Shown in pieces: positions 29,071-38,289 of a stretch of DNA of 64,000 nucleotides. The notes beneath the pieces were generated by a model that did no database searches, was not told the origin of the DNA, and was given only the letters and a program-made list of their open reading frames with translations. Source of the DNA: an uncultured Bifidobacteriaceae bacterium (GTDB taxonomy: Bacteria; Verrucomicrobiota; Verrucomicrobiia; Limisphaerales; UBA11358). The position numbers and the translations under genes were made by a program. The DNA lies in assembly GCA_964532525.1 (NCBI GenBank), contig CAZHIM010000001.1:274530-338529 (forward strand), in the 5' to 3' direction. Numbering within the stretch: position 1 is the stretch's first letter; each line of letters begins with the position of its first letter.

Positions 29071-32000
29071 CTACTGGCCGCAGGTGTTGGTGGTCACGAC
29101 CATGGAGAAATAGTCTTTATCGCCCCGATCCCTAATCACCACCGTAAGGTTGTTTGTTCCGTAATGCAAACCCGGAGCCAGGGTTTTGAACGTCCCCCAC
29201 TCGGCATAGCCTTCGTGATTGGTCGTATCAATATAGGTGTTGAGGTTATTGAGATACAGCCAATAATCGTTGTCTATGGCGATGGAATATTTCACCTGCG
29301 ACAGGACAACATTGGTGGGGATGACCAAGGCAATGCTGTTGGACCAAATCGAGGGCACTCCTCCAGCCGTCTGCGTCGGCCAATAGGTATTCGGCAACGG
29401 ATACAGATCTTGGTATTGATTCGGATACTCGCTGGAAAACGGCGTCTGCAAATCGCCCAGCGAAACCACCGGATGATTTGTGGACACGTCCCAAACCGCC
29501 CAAACCGCGTCCGGCGCGAGCAAATCATTGGGATTTTGACCCGCGGCGACAAATTCATTCGAGAAGGGCGATTCGTAAGTGTTGCCGGAGCCGCTGTCTT
29601 GGAGTCCAAACGTCGCCACATAATAGTTGGTTTGGCCGACCACGGCGTTGGTGTCCATATAGCTCATCTGGCTGAGATCGGAATTGCTGTAAATGCACGT
29701 GTAGGGGCCGCCGGAAACCGGGCCGCGATAAAGCTTGTAATCGCTTATGAACTTGTATTGCTGTTCCATTTGTTGCACGGCATTGTCCAGATTCCAATCC
29801 AGTTGAACAAAAGGCCCCACCGCGAATAGATTGCATCCGGCCGTCAGAATCGGGCCAGCCACGACATAAGTCGTGACGGTGGCCAAATTGGTCGTAGTCC
29901 AAACGCCGTCGCTAACGGTGAATTGAAATGAATCCACACCTTCGTAATTGGTATTGGGTGTATAAAAGACCTTCGGCGGCTTGTGCCTTAAGGTTCCGTA
30001 GGCCGGTTCGCTAACGATGAAGTACTCGAACGCATTGGCGCACCGACTGTCGGCCGTCAATGTAATGTTTACCGGCTGGTTGGTCCACGTCATCACTGCC
30101 TGACCGTTGGGACTGATATTCGGGTCGCCCACGGTAACGCTCACCGTGGCGGTAGCCGAATAGCCGCATTCATCAATGGTCTCGTAATTGAACGTGTCCG
30201 TACCGGTGAAGCTCGGGTCAGTGGGCGTGTAAATATAATGCGGGTCGGTGGATTGCCCTGACTGATTGGTCGCGGTGCCGTGAAGCGGATTGGAAGGCAC
30301 GGCATAGCTCACACCCTGATAGCAGTTGTCCGAGCCGCTCAACGTGAAGCCGACCGGCGTGCCGCTGCAGGTTTGTGCCGTAATTGGATTGCCATAGACT
30401 TGGGATGACACAATCAAGGTGACCGTGGCCGGAGCCGAAGTGAACCGGCCGTCGCTCACATTGAAGGTGAAACTGTCCTGCCCCTCATAACAGCTAGTTG
30501 GAGTGTAGGTGACCGAAGGTAGTGCGCTCGTATCCAATGTTCCATTAGTCGGCCAAGTCAGGACTGTATAAGTCAATGGCAATCCAAGAGGGTTGCCAAC
30601 ATCCAACGATAAGTCGATTGACTTTTGGGTATTTGGACATACCGGCTCCTTATCACCGCGAGCAGTCGGATACACCTCCGGATTGGCGAACAGTGTATTG
30701 GTGGCTGAAACGTAGTCAGTATCAATCAGATAGTTGGTGTTTTGCACCAGCGTAAAAATGATTGTCTGATCCGGCTTCAGCCCGTCGGCATAGGGCAGAA
30801 TGGGAATGTCCGCCGACCATTGGCCGGCGGGAATGGTCAACACGCCGGGAAGATTCGAGTAGTCTATCCCGCCCTGCGCCGTTCCGCTGACGGTGTAGTA
30901 GACGGTAATGTCATTCGTCGTTAAACCATGCGCTTGGTTTCCGTTATAGATGCTGACAATGCCTGAGTATCCGGGGTCGTTGGCATTGGTTGGATTCAGC
31001 TCCTCGGAGTTCTGCGCGTTCCAGAGTTGCATCACCGGGTTGGCGTGATGCACCCGATAGAACGTCACGGCATTGGTCAAGGGAACCGGCGAGAAGTCCG
31101 TGGAATCGTCATCGCCCAGCCATAGAATCTCGCCCAAATCCCAGTTGGTGCAGGTCAAGCTGGTGGTGGAAAGCAATTGAAATGCGTCGTCGTTAGTGAC
31201 TCCATTCAACTGCAGCCAAACGTTGGTGTTCGTTGGGCCGGGAAGCGGGCTCAAAACTTCCAGCCAGAGGCCGTTGGTAATTACACTTAAATTAAGACCG
31301 TTGGGCTGGAAAAGTTGCGTGCCTGCGTTGGTGGAGGTTTGTATCTGCTCGATGAGGTCCGCCACGATCTGGGCTTGAGCCTGCACCGTGGAAGCCGTTT
31401 GGGCGCTGCTCATTGGACCGGCGGACAATGGCATGATTTGTCCGGCCGTGTCGTCCACCAAAAAGTTGTTGCCAGCCGCCGCATAGGTTGGAAGACATGA
31501 CAAGTCAGGGGGCAGGATGGGATAAGGCAGCGTCTGGAGCCGCCCGTCAGGACCCGGGCTTACGACCCAAAAGGTTCCCGTGCCGGGCAAGGCTGTCGTC
31601 GATACCGGAGCAAGGCCGGCGGCATCGGCGGCGATTCTAACCACAGAATCCGGGGCCGATTGAACCGATATGGTTTGGGCATAACCAGACCCAAAGAGCA
31701 ACATTCCCGTGCCCAATAAAACGAATAGTTTGGAGCGCCGTTTGAAGGCATAAGCCAAAATGCCACTTATTCCAAGTAAAGCTAAAGTCGTGGGTTCCGG
31801 AACTACGACTCCTTCTCGAAACCATAAGTCCGTGGGGAAAGCCTCGCCTCCCACAAATAGTTGCCCATTGGGATAGGTGTCGCCGGGATCCGATACATCG
31901 AACGGATTGTCGCCGGATTGAACGACCGGTTGAAGATAGTAAGTCTGCCCGGGAGTCAATGCGATTGCAAGAGCAAAGTAGAAGTTCGTTACGCCGGGAA

Positions 32001-32361
32001 ACCCCCAACCAAATCCGTCAGGCATATAAACCGGAATGGTGGAACCAAGCAATGTTGCCGACCTCGTGTTCGGCGAACCGGTCCAAAGATTTACATAAAC
32101 CGTCGCCCCATTGTTGCCGTTGTTGGGTAGGTCCAGGAGCTCAAATTGCACAAATCCAATCGCCGAAAGGGTCGGGACAAAAGATTGGGTCAAAGGTTCG
32201 GGTTGAATATCAAGATAATCTCCCAAAGTTGTTGGTGGAATCGTGGATTGCTGGTCGTAAACAACGCCCTGCGCGTGGGTTTGGAATGCGGCGGCGATAA
32301 ATATCGCCGCCAGCAGGTTTCGGATCGTCCGATTGGTCCCGCAGGTTGGAATCATAAGCAT
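29071..32361 (-). CDS. Large secreted adhesin-like ORF: a small PEP-CTERM protein module fused in frame to an ~880-aa Ig-like/Calx-beta repeat protein
   Basis: The N-terminal signal peptide is NLLAAIFIAAAFQTHA/QG. VVVPEPTTLALLGISGILAYAFKRRSK lies at aa ~186-212. A second signal-like segment, LFVLLGTGMLLFGSGYA/Q, follows. A Calx-beta-like block reads ITVYYTVSGTAQGGIDYSNLPGVLTIPAGQWSADIPI. Ig-like repeats are DSFTFNVSDGRFTSAPATVTLIV, GTDTFNYETIDECGYSATATVSVTV and GVDSFQFTVSDGVWTT. GC is visibly lower than in the neighbouring genes. Confidence 0.75.
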   Translation of the reverse strand: MLMIPTCGTNRTIRNLLAAIFIAAAFQTHAQGVVYDQQSTIPPTTLGDYLDIQPEPLTQSFVPTLSAIGFVQFELLDLPNNGNNGATVYVNLWTGSPNTRSATLLGSTIPVYMPDGFGWGFPGVTNFYFALAIALTPGQTYYLQPVVQSGDNPFDVSDPGDTYPNGQLFVGGEAFPTDLWFREGVVVPEPTTLALLGISGILAYAFKRRSKLFVLLGTGMLLFGSGYAQTISVQSAPDSVVRIAADAAGLAPVSTTALPGTGTFWVVSPGPDGRLQTLPYPILPPDLSCLPTYAAAGNNFLVDDTAGQIMPLSAGPMSSAQTASTVQAQAQIVADLIEQIQTSTNAGTQLFQPNGLNLSVITNGLWLEVLSPLPGPTNTNVWLQLNGVTNDDAFQLLSTTSLTCTNWDLGEILWLGDDDSTDFSPVPLTNAVTFYRVHHANPVMQLWNAQNSEELNPTNANDPGYSGIVSIYNGNQAHGLTTNDITVYYTVSGTAQGGIDYSNLPGVLTIPAGQWSADIPILPYADGLKPDQTIIFTLVQNTNYLIDTDYVSATNTLFANPEVYPTARGDKEPVCPNTQKSIDLSLDVGNPLGLPLTYTVLTWPTNGTLDTSALPSVTYTPTSCYEGQDSFTFNVSDGRFTSAPATVTLIVSSQVYGNPITAQTCSGTPVGFTLSGSDNCYQGVSYAVPSNPLHGTATNQSGQSTDPHYIYTPTDPSFTGTDTFNYETIDECGYSATATVSVTVGDPNISPNGQAVMTWTNQPVNITLTADSRCANAFEYFIVSEPAYGTLRHKPPKVFYTPNTNYEGVDSFQFTVSDGVWTTTNLATVTTYVVAGPILTAGCNLFAVGPFVQLDWNLDNAVQQMEQQYKFISDYKLYRGPVSGGPYTCIYSNSDLSQMSYMDTNAVVGQTNYYVATFGLQDSGSGNTYESPFSNEFVAAGQNPNDLLAPDAVWAVWDVSTNHPVVSLGDLQTPFSSEYPNQYQDLYPLPNTYWPTQTAGGVPSIWSNSIALVIPTNVVLSQVKYSIAIDNDYWLYLNNLNTYIDTTNHEGYAEWGTFKTLAPGLHYGTNNLTVVIRDRGDKDYFSMVVTTNTCGQ

Positions 32362-32449
32362 AAGCGATTTCTCATTCTGTTTCGATGCGGTATAGCGTGT
32401 TTAACAGCGGTTGCAAGCGACAAATTTGTGACGCTCTGCCCCCGCCCGC

Positions 32450-34024
32450 CTACCGGCTCATGCCGTGCTTGACGACTGGCGTGGAGAATTTCCGGGGCGT
32501 CCAAAGCTGCGCCTCGCCAAGATTGCCCAGACGATCCACGGCGCGCACGGCCACGGCGTCGGGATTGGCCACCTCGAAATAATCGTCCGCGCGCGCCCCA
32601 GGCACGATCTGCGTGGTCCAAGCGCCGTTGACGCGGGCCTGCACCAGCCACCAGCCGGGCGGGTGGGCGCCGGAATTTTGCCATTCGACGTGCGGGGTCC
32701 GTTCCGCCAGGGAGACGGACACCCCGGCCGGCGGCGCCGGGGTGATGGCGGGGAGCCAGGGGGTGGTCGGCACGAGTGCGGGAACCGCGTACGCGGCGCG
32801 CACAGCGGCCGCCAGCGCTGGATTCTCCAGGATGCTCCGCAAATGATAATGCACCGCGCCAGGGTCGCTTTTCTGCCGGATGATCTGGAGTTGGCGGGGA
32901 ATCTCGGCCACGGAGAATTTCGTGCCGACGTTGGAATCGGACAGGCCCGGCCAGACGTGCCGGCCGCGCGCATTTTGGGCGCGCCACCAGTCGAACAGCA
33001 GGGGAAAACTCTGCTGGGGCGTCGCCACCGGCCAGTAAAGCTGCGGGGCCAGATAGTCCACCCAGCCTTCCGCCAGCCACCGGCGCGAATCCGCATAAAG
33101 CCGGTCGTAGGCGTCCATGCCCGCAATCGGCGGCGGATTCTTGGGCCGCCAGATCCCAAACGGGCTCACGCCAAACTGCACCCACGGCTTGGCGGCCTTG
33201 ATGGCTTGCGACAGCTTGAAGATGAAGCGATTGATATTGTCCCGCCGCCAGTCCGCCCGGCTCAGGCCGGTGCCGGCACCGTACCGCCTCCAGCTCGCCT
33301 CGTCCGGAAAATCCAGATAAACCCCCACGGCGTTTTTCTCCGGGTAAGGATAGAAATAATCGTCAATCACCACGCCGTCCACGTCGTAGCGCCGCACCAC
33401 GTCCGTCACCACCGCCAGCACCCGCGCCTGCACGGGCGGCTCGCCGGGATCGAGCAGGGTCTGGTCGCCGTAATGCCGCACCAGTTCGGGCACCGTGCGG
33501 GTGATATGGTTGGCGGCGGCCGGCGATCTGGCCTGGGGATGGCCGGCCCGGAACGGGTTGAACCAGGCGTGAAGTTCGAGTCCCCGTTTATGCGCCTCGG
33601 CCACGGCGAAGGCCAGGGGGTCGTAATACGGCTCGGGCCCGCGCCCCTGGGCACCGGTGAGATATTCGGACCACGGCTCAATGGACGATCCGTAGCAGGC
33701 GTCGCATACCGAGCGCACTTGGAAAAAAACGGCGTTGAAGTGGAGCTGCGCCGCGCGGTCGAGGAGCGAAATCAGTTCCGTCTGCTGCTGGGCCGCCGGC
33801 AGGCCGGGTTTGGACGGCCAGTCAATGTTCGCCACGGTGGCGATCCAAGCGGCGCGAAATTCGCGGGGCGGCGGCGGTGGCACGATTTTGGCGGCGGCGT
33901 TTTCCTCCGGGGCGGCCGCCTGCGCGGCCAGCGCCAGAAAGAATGCCACGCACCCGGACAGCCTGCGCCAGAAACGGCGCGGCACCTGCCGGGCCGGGGG
34001 CGCGATGAAAAGTGACAGCGGCAT
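32450..34024 (-). CDS. Glycosyl hydrolase-like 10 (GHL10/DUF187, YngK-type) secreted protein
   Basis: EFRAAWIATVANIDWPSKPGL...LHFNAVFFQVRS..CDACYGSSIEPWSEYLTG...YDPLAFAVAEAHKRGLELHAWFNPFRA. The ATG at 34024 gives a signal-peptide-like N-terminus, CVAFFLALAAQAAA. Confidence 0.75.
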   Translation of the reverse strand: MPLSLFIAPPARQVPRRFWRRLSGCVAFFLALAAQAAAPEENAAAKIVPPPPPREFRAAWIATVANIDWPSKPGLPAAQQQTELISLLDRAAQLHFNAVFFQVRSVCDACYGSSIEPWSEYLTGAQGRGPEPYYDPLAFAVAEAHKRGLELHAWFNPFRAGHPQARSPAAANHITRTVPELVRHYGDQTLLDPGEPPVQARVLAVVTDVVRRYDVDGVVIDDYFYPYPEKNAVGVYLDFPDEASWRRYGAGTGLSRADWRRDNINRFIFKLSQAIKAAKPWVQFGVSPFGIWRPKNPPPIAGMDAYDRLYADSRRWLAEGWVDYLAPQLYWPVATPQQSFPLLFDWWRAQNARGRHVWPGLSDSNVGTKFSVAEIPRQLQIIRQKSDPGAVHYHLRSILENPALAAAVRAAYAVPALVPTTPWLPAITPAPPAGVSVSLAERTPHVEWQNSGAHPPGWWLVQARVNGAWTTQIVPGARADDYFEVANPDAVAVRAVDRLGNLGEAQLWTPRKFSTPVVKHGMSR

Positions 34025-34043
34025 GGCCGGGGGCGGAACCGGG

Positions 34044-35597
34044 CTACGGCCGGGCCTTCCACACCGCCATCGTATCCGGCGAGCCCTGGCTGCGAATGCC
34101 ATTGTCGGTGAGAATGTCGTCGGTGGCGGCGAGCATCTCCTTGCGCGGGAACACGCAGGTTTCGGAGGCGTTGCTGTCAAATGCCAGCACGATGAAGTCG
34201 TCCTTGCAATCGCGGATCAGTTGCACGAGGTGATTCAGGTTCTTGACGGGCGCGCCGTTGATGGATTTGACCACCTGGTTGTACGGCGGGGAATAGCCCT
34301 TGACCAAGGCGTGCGGGAAAAAGGGCGAGGAAACCACCACGAGGCGCTCATCGGCGAAGGCCGGCGGCTCATACAGGCGCGGCAGCAGCGGGCTGCCGGA
34401 ATAAGTCAATATGCGCACCCAGCGCTCGCTGTACTCCCCGCCGATGAGAACCCGCACAAATTCCTTGCTGGCCTCGGAGAAGACCACCGGCCCGCAAATG
34501 AAATAGGAGGGATACGAATTTTCCAAATCGGGAATCACCTGCGGCCGCCGGGTGAGCACCGGGAGCTGCACCGCCATTTCCTTGCCGTCCCGGACCACGG
34601 TGAGCGGCACCTTCCCGTCCCTGGCCACCTTTTGGACTTCATAAAGAAAGTGGACGCGCAGGTTCTCGCTGAGCTTGACCATCCCCTCGTCGTCCACCGG
34701 CACCTCCCCAATGCGCGTGATGACGTCCCATTCCTTCAAGGGATACGCCGCATCGTTGCGCACGGGCTGGTGCACCACCATGCCGCTGACCGCTTTGTCC
34801 AGCTTGAGGAACTGGCGCAACGCGGGGTTTTCCAGCGTCTGGAGGTCGTCGAACATCGCCGGCTTGCCATCATAATGGCCGTCGGCAATGTCCTGCAAAA
34901 AAAGCTCGATTTCCTCCACCGGCACAATGTAGCTGATGTTGTCGGACCGCCCCAGGTGGCTGAAGGCCAGCCCGATCATCTTGTCGCCCACCACCGCGGG
35001 GCCGCCGCTGTTGCCGGGGTTGATGGCCGCATCCACCTGGATGCGCAGGCCGCAGACGGAATAATTGTAGGCCGCAAATTCAATCCGCGAGACGATGCCC
35101 TTGGTGATGGACAGGCTGCTGCCGCCTTCCGGATATCCGTAAGCCATGACGGGGTCCTTGATGTCCGGCAGGTTGGTGCTCATGGCCAGCGCCGGATGCG
35201 TGTCGAAAAAGCTCTCGTCGTCCAGCTTGAGCACGGCCAGGTCTATGCCCGGCGCGATGAACTCGACGGTGGCGGACAACTTGTCGCCGGCCTGGTTGGC
35301 CTGGATCTGAATCTGGCTGGCGTAGTTGACCACGTGGGCGTTGGTGAGGATGCGCTTGCCCTTGATGACCACGCCCGTGCCGGTTTCATCCGTGGGCGAC
35401 TCCTTCGTCCACGGGCGATACGGATCCGGAAAGCGCATCGTGGAAAAAATCTTCACCACGGAATTCTCGACGCCACCGGCGGCGGCCGGCGCCGCGGCAA
35501 CGGCGGAATTCGTGGTTTGTCCGGCGGCGGACCAGCCCGCGGCGGCAAATACAAGGACGGCCGCGGCGAGAAGCCCGGCGACTGGGCGCGTGTTCAT
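34044..35597 (-). CDS. Secreted trypsin-like (S1C, Deg/HtrA-related) serine protease with PDZ-like C-terminal region
   Basis: The catalytic triad contexts are ILTNAHVV, IDLAVLKLDD and INPGNSGGPAV. The ATG at 35597 gives the signal peptide MNTRPVAGLLAAAVLVFAAAGWSAA. Confidence 0.8.
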   Translation of the reverse strand: MNTRPVAGLLAAAVLVFAAAGWSAAGQTTNSAVAAAPAAAGGVENSVVKIFSTMRFPDPYRPWTKESPTDETGTGVVIKGKRILTNAHVVNYASQIQIQANQAGDKLSATVEFIAPGIDLAVLKLDDESFFDTHPALAMSTNLPDIKDPVMAYGYPEGGSSLSITKGIVSRIEFAAYNYSVCGLRIQVDAAINPGNSGGPAVVGDKMIGLAFSHLGRSDNISYIVPVEEIELFLQDIADGHYDGKPAMFDDLQTLENPALRQFLKLDKAVSGMVVHQPVRNDAAYPLKEWDVITRIGEVPVDDEGMVKLSENLRVHFLYEVQKVARDGKVPLTVVRDGKEMAVQLPVLTRRPQVIPDLENSYPSYFICGPVVFSEASKEFVRVLIGGEYSERWVRILTYSGSPLLPRLYEPPAFADERLVVVSSPFFPHALVKGYSPPYNQVVKSINGAPVKNLNHLVQLIRDCKDDFIVLAFDSNASETCVFPRKEMLAATDDILTDNGIRSQGSPDTMAVWKARP

Positions 35598-35982
35598 ATC
35601 CGCCAAGCTAGATAAACGCGCGTCCGGCGCAATAAAAATTGCCGGCACACCCCGCCGCGCCAGGAGTGCCTGCCGCCCCGCACGGAAACACCACTCCCCC
35701 GGGCGCCTGGCTTTCTGCTTGGCCCGCAAACGGTTGACCAAACCGGAAATTATTGGCGGCGAAACACAGCCGCCAGCGCAAGGATGACCAAACAAAGGGC
35801 GGCGCTCGGCGCCACCAAAGCATCGCTGGCCAAAATCACGGGGAGGATTGACAGGTGCATACTTTTCCTTTCGCATCAGCGGCGCCACTTCAGGCTGCCG
35901 CCACCATCGCCAAATTAACCCACCGCCTTTAATAAGCAAGCCCCATCAATTCTATAAGCATAATACACACCACTTGAGCCAC

Positions 35983-36837
35983 TTACGAAGCCGCACCGGG
36001 CGGGTGTCTGGCCGCCGGAGCGCGCCGGTGCAGATAGTAGAGCAGCAGGAAAAGCGGGACGAGGGACAAGGCGAAGAAGATGGGACCGCCGTGGTGATGG
36101 ATCGGGGAATCAATCATCCGCGGGCCGATGTGGATGCAGAGTTGCCCGATGACGAATACCCGAAATCCGTTCCGCAGCAGGGCCAGCGGGATCACCGCCA
36201 GGCATAGGACGGCGCGTCGCCCCGGCTGGCGCAGGATCATCCGCCCCGCCACCAGGCTGGTGATGAGCAGTATCCAGGTGGAGTGGATGCCGCTGCATTC
36301 GGGAGCCACCTCCAAGGTGATGCCGGGCAGATGAAACACCGTGTCGCTACGCCCGACGGGCGTGCCGGACAGGATAAACATCCATTCCGCCACGTCCGCC
36401 GAGCCGTGCTGGAGCGCGCCCTCGATGGCGTCGCGCACCCCCGGCGGCAGGGGAAGCATGAACAGCAGCAGGCAGAACGGGAAGACCAGGGCCCGCATGG
36501 TGGCGCCGCCCAGGCTCCAGCAACCCGCGCCGGCCAGGGCGAGCAGCCACGCCAGCACTACAAGGGCCAGCGCCGGGTTAATGAAGCTATGAACCGCCAG
36601 CACGACCGCGGCGGCGGTGAAAAAAACCGCCGCCGCCCGGCGCGCGGGAAATGACTGCGCCGGCAGCTCCGGCCGCAGCGTCCAAGCCAGATACGCGCAG
36701 GCCAGCGGCATCAGCGGGATGTACGAATACAGGTCGTCGGCCAGGGCAAAGTGGACCAGGTGCCACAGGGGAAGGGCGAAAATCAGCGTCAGCCCGGCGG
36801 CGGCAAGGGCAAAGGTGCGGAACGGCGCGGTTTTCAA
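35983..36837 (-). CDS. Exosortase (PEP-CTERM protein-sorting transpeptidase family)
   Basis: This is a polytopic membrane protein with the family signature residues EVAPECSGIHS (Cys), LLRNGFRV (Arg) and HHHGGPIFF (His). At 284 aa it has no extra C-terminal domain. Confidence 0.85.
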   Translation of the reverse strand: MKTAPFRTFALAAAGLTLIFALPLWHLVHFALADDLYSYIPLMPLACAYLAWTLRPELPAQSFPARRAAAVFFTAAAVVLAVHSFINPALALVVLAWLLALAGAGCWSLGGATMRALVFPFCLLLFMLPLPPGVRDAIEGALQHGSADVAEWMFILSGTPVGRSDTVFHLPGITLEVAPECSGIHSTWILLITSLVAGRMILRQPGRRAVLCLAVIPLALLRNGFRVFVIGQLCIHIGPRMIDSPIHHHGGPIFFALSLVPLFLLLYYLHRRAPAARHPPGAAS

Positions 36838-38195
36838 AAGCTGTAACTGATCTCGAAGCCGGACTGGTTGCTCTCAAAAGTGTATCCGGCTTGCGACGAG
36901 GAGTTGTCGGCGTATTGATAAAAAACGGACCAGGTTCCGCGCTTGAAGAACGGATGGCTGAGCCGCGCGGTCAGGGAAATCTGGTCGTCCGTGCGGTTGG
37001 CCAAGGCGGCGGAGGTGATGCCCGAGGGCGTGCTGTAATCGGTCATGGAATACGCGGCGCCGACGGCCACGGTGAAATCCCGGAACAACCGCTGGTTCAG
37101 GTTCACGCTCACGATGGTGGTTTCGGTTTCCTGGGCCGCCAGGTAATAATCGGAGGAGGCCACCGTCCGGCTGGCCGAGAGCGAAATTTGCGTCGCCTTG
37201 AACGGCTGGTATTGGATCGCGGCGCCAAAGACCGGTTCCAGGGAATTGGCCGCGCCCGCGGTGCTGAACTCGCGGTCTTCCAGGCCGGCGTTGAGCTGGA
37301 AGCTGATCTTTTGCGTGGCGCGCCAGTTGACCCGCCCCTGCACCTGTTCGTAATACTGGTCGAGATTGTTCACCGCCCCGGGCTGGGCGGCAACAGGGTT
37401 GGCCGAGCCGTCAGTTTCCCCGAGCACGTAACCGCCCCCCACGCCAATGCCCGCGTCCAAGCGCGGCAGAAATTGGTAGTTGATCCAGTCCAGCGTGGAC
37501 CAGTCGTAGGAATCTTCAAAGCCGGAGACCAAGGTGATGGTCTGGTTCAGGTCGAGGTCCAGCGACACCTTGGAATTCAGCGCCCGGGAGGCGCTCAGGG
37601 TGGTGTTGTGGATGGTCTGGTCGGTCTGGGCGCCGGTCCCCGCCGTGGGCATGGAAACCCACTGTGAATTATGCGCCAGGCCAAAGGTCCAGGCCTCGTA
37701 GAGCACATTGCCCGTCAACGTCACGGCCTGGTTCATCGTGTCCCGGAATTTATCGCTGGAATAGAACTGGAAGGTGGGCGTGTAATCCAGCGCCCAGTGC
37801 GGCCCCAGGTCCATGAGGATGCCCGGGGACAGTTCCTGGAGAATGGTTTCCTGCTGGTTGCCGGGAGTGTTCTGGAACCCGGTGCCATACATGAAAATGT
37901 AGTCGGCATGCGGCCGCAACCACAACGGCCCGTAGCGGAACATTTCGGGCAGCGTGTTGCCGGCGGGCTGCTCCGCCGGCTCAAACACGTTCATTTCGTT
38001 GGGCTGGTCCTGCTGCCATTGCGTCTCCACGGGCGCTGCCGGGAGCGGAGTGGCGATCACGTTGTTGGGATTGCCATACCCCGTGGGTGCGGCAGCGACG
38101 CGCTGGTCAATCAGTCCCCCCGCAGTCAAGAGCACTCCTCCGAGGCCAAAATGCCAGACGCGGGCCGATAGCCGGTTTGTGGATTTCGCTCTCAC
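36834..38195 (-). CDS. Outer-membrane beta-barrel protein associated with the exosortase/EPS locus
   Basis: A signal peptide is present. Amphipathic beta-strand composition rich in Y/T/S/N/G runs throughout. The C-terminus is GFEISYSF with a terminal Phe. There is a 4-nt overlap with the exosortase gene. Confidence 0.6.
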   Translation of the reverse strand: MRAKSTNRLSARVWHFGLGGVLLTAGGLIDQRVAAAPTGYGNPNNVIATPLPAAPVETQWQQDQPNEMNVFEPAEQPAGNTLPEMFRYGPLWLRPHADYIFMYGTGFQNTPGNQQETILQELSPGILMDLGPHWALDYTPTFQFYSSDKFRDTMNQAVTLTGNVLYEAWTFGLAHNSQWVSMPTAGTGAQTDQTIHNTTLSASRALNSKVSLDLDLNQTITLVSGFEDSYDWSTLDWINYQFLPRLDAGIGVGGGYVLGETDGSANPVAAQPGAVNNLDQYYEQVQGRVNWRATQKISFQLNAGLEDREFSTAGAANSLEPVFGAAIQYQPFKATQISLSASRTVASSDYYLAAQETETTIVSVNLNQRLFRDFTVAVGAAYSMTDYSTPSGITSAALANRTDDQISLTARLSHPFFKRGTWSVFYQYADNSSSQAGYTFESNQSGFEISYSF

Positions 38196-38289
38196 AATCG
38201 AATAGTCTTGAAAACCCCGGAGAGAATCAAGGGCTTTGCACCGCGCGCATTGAATCTCCAGATGCGACGAGGTGCGTCCCCCTGCCCGA

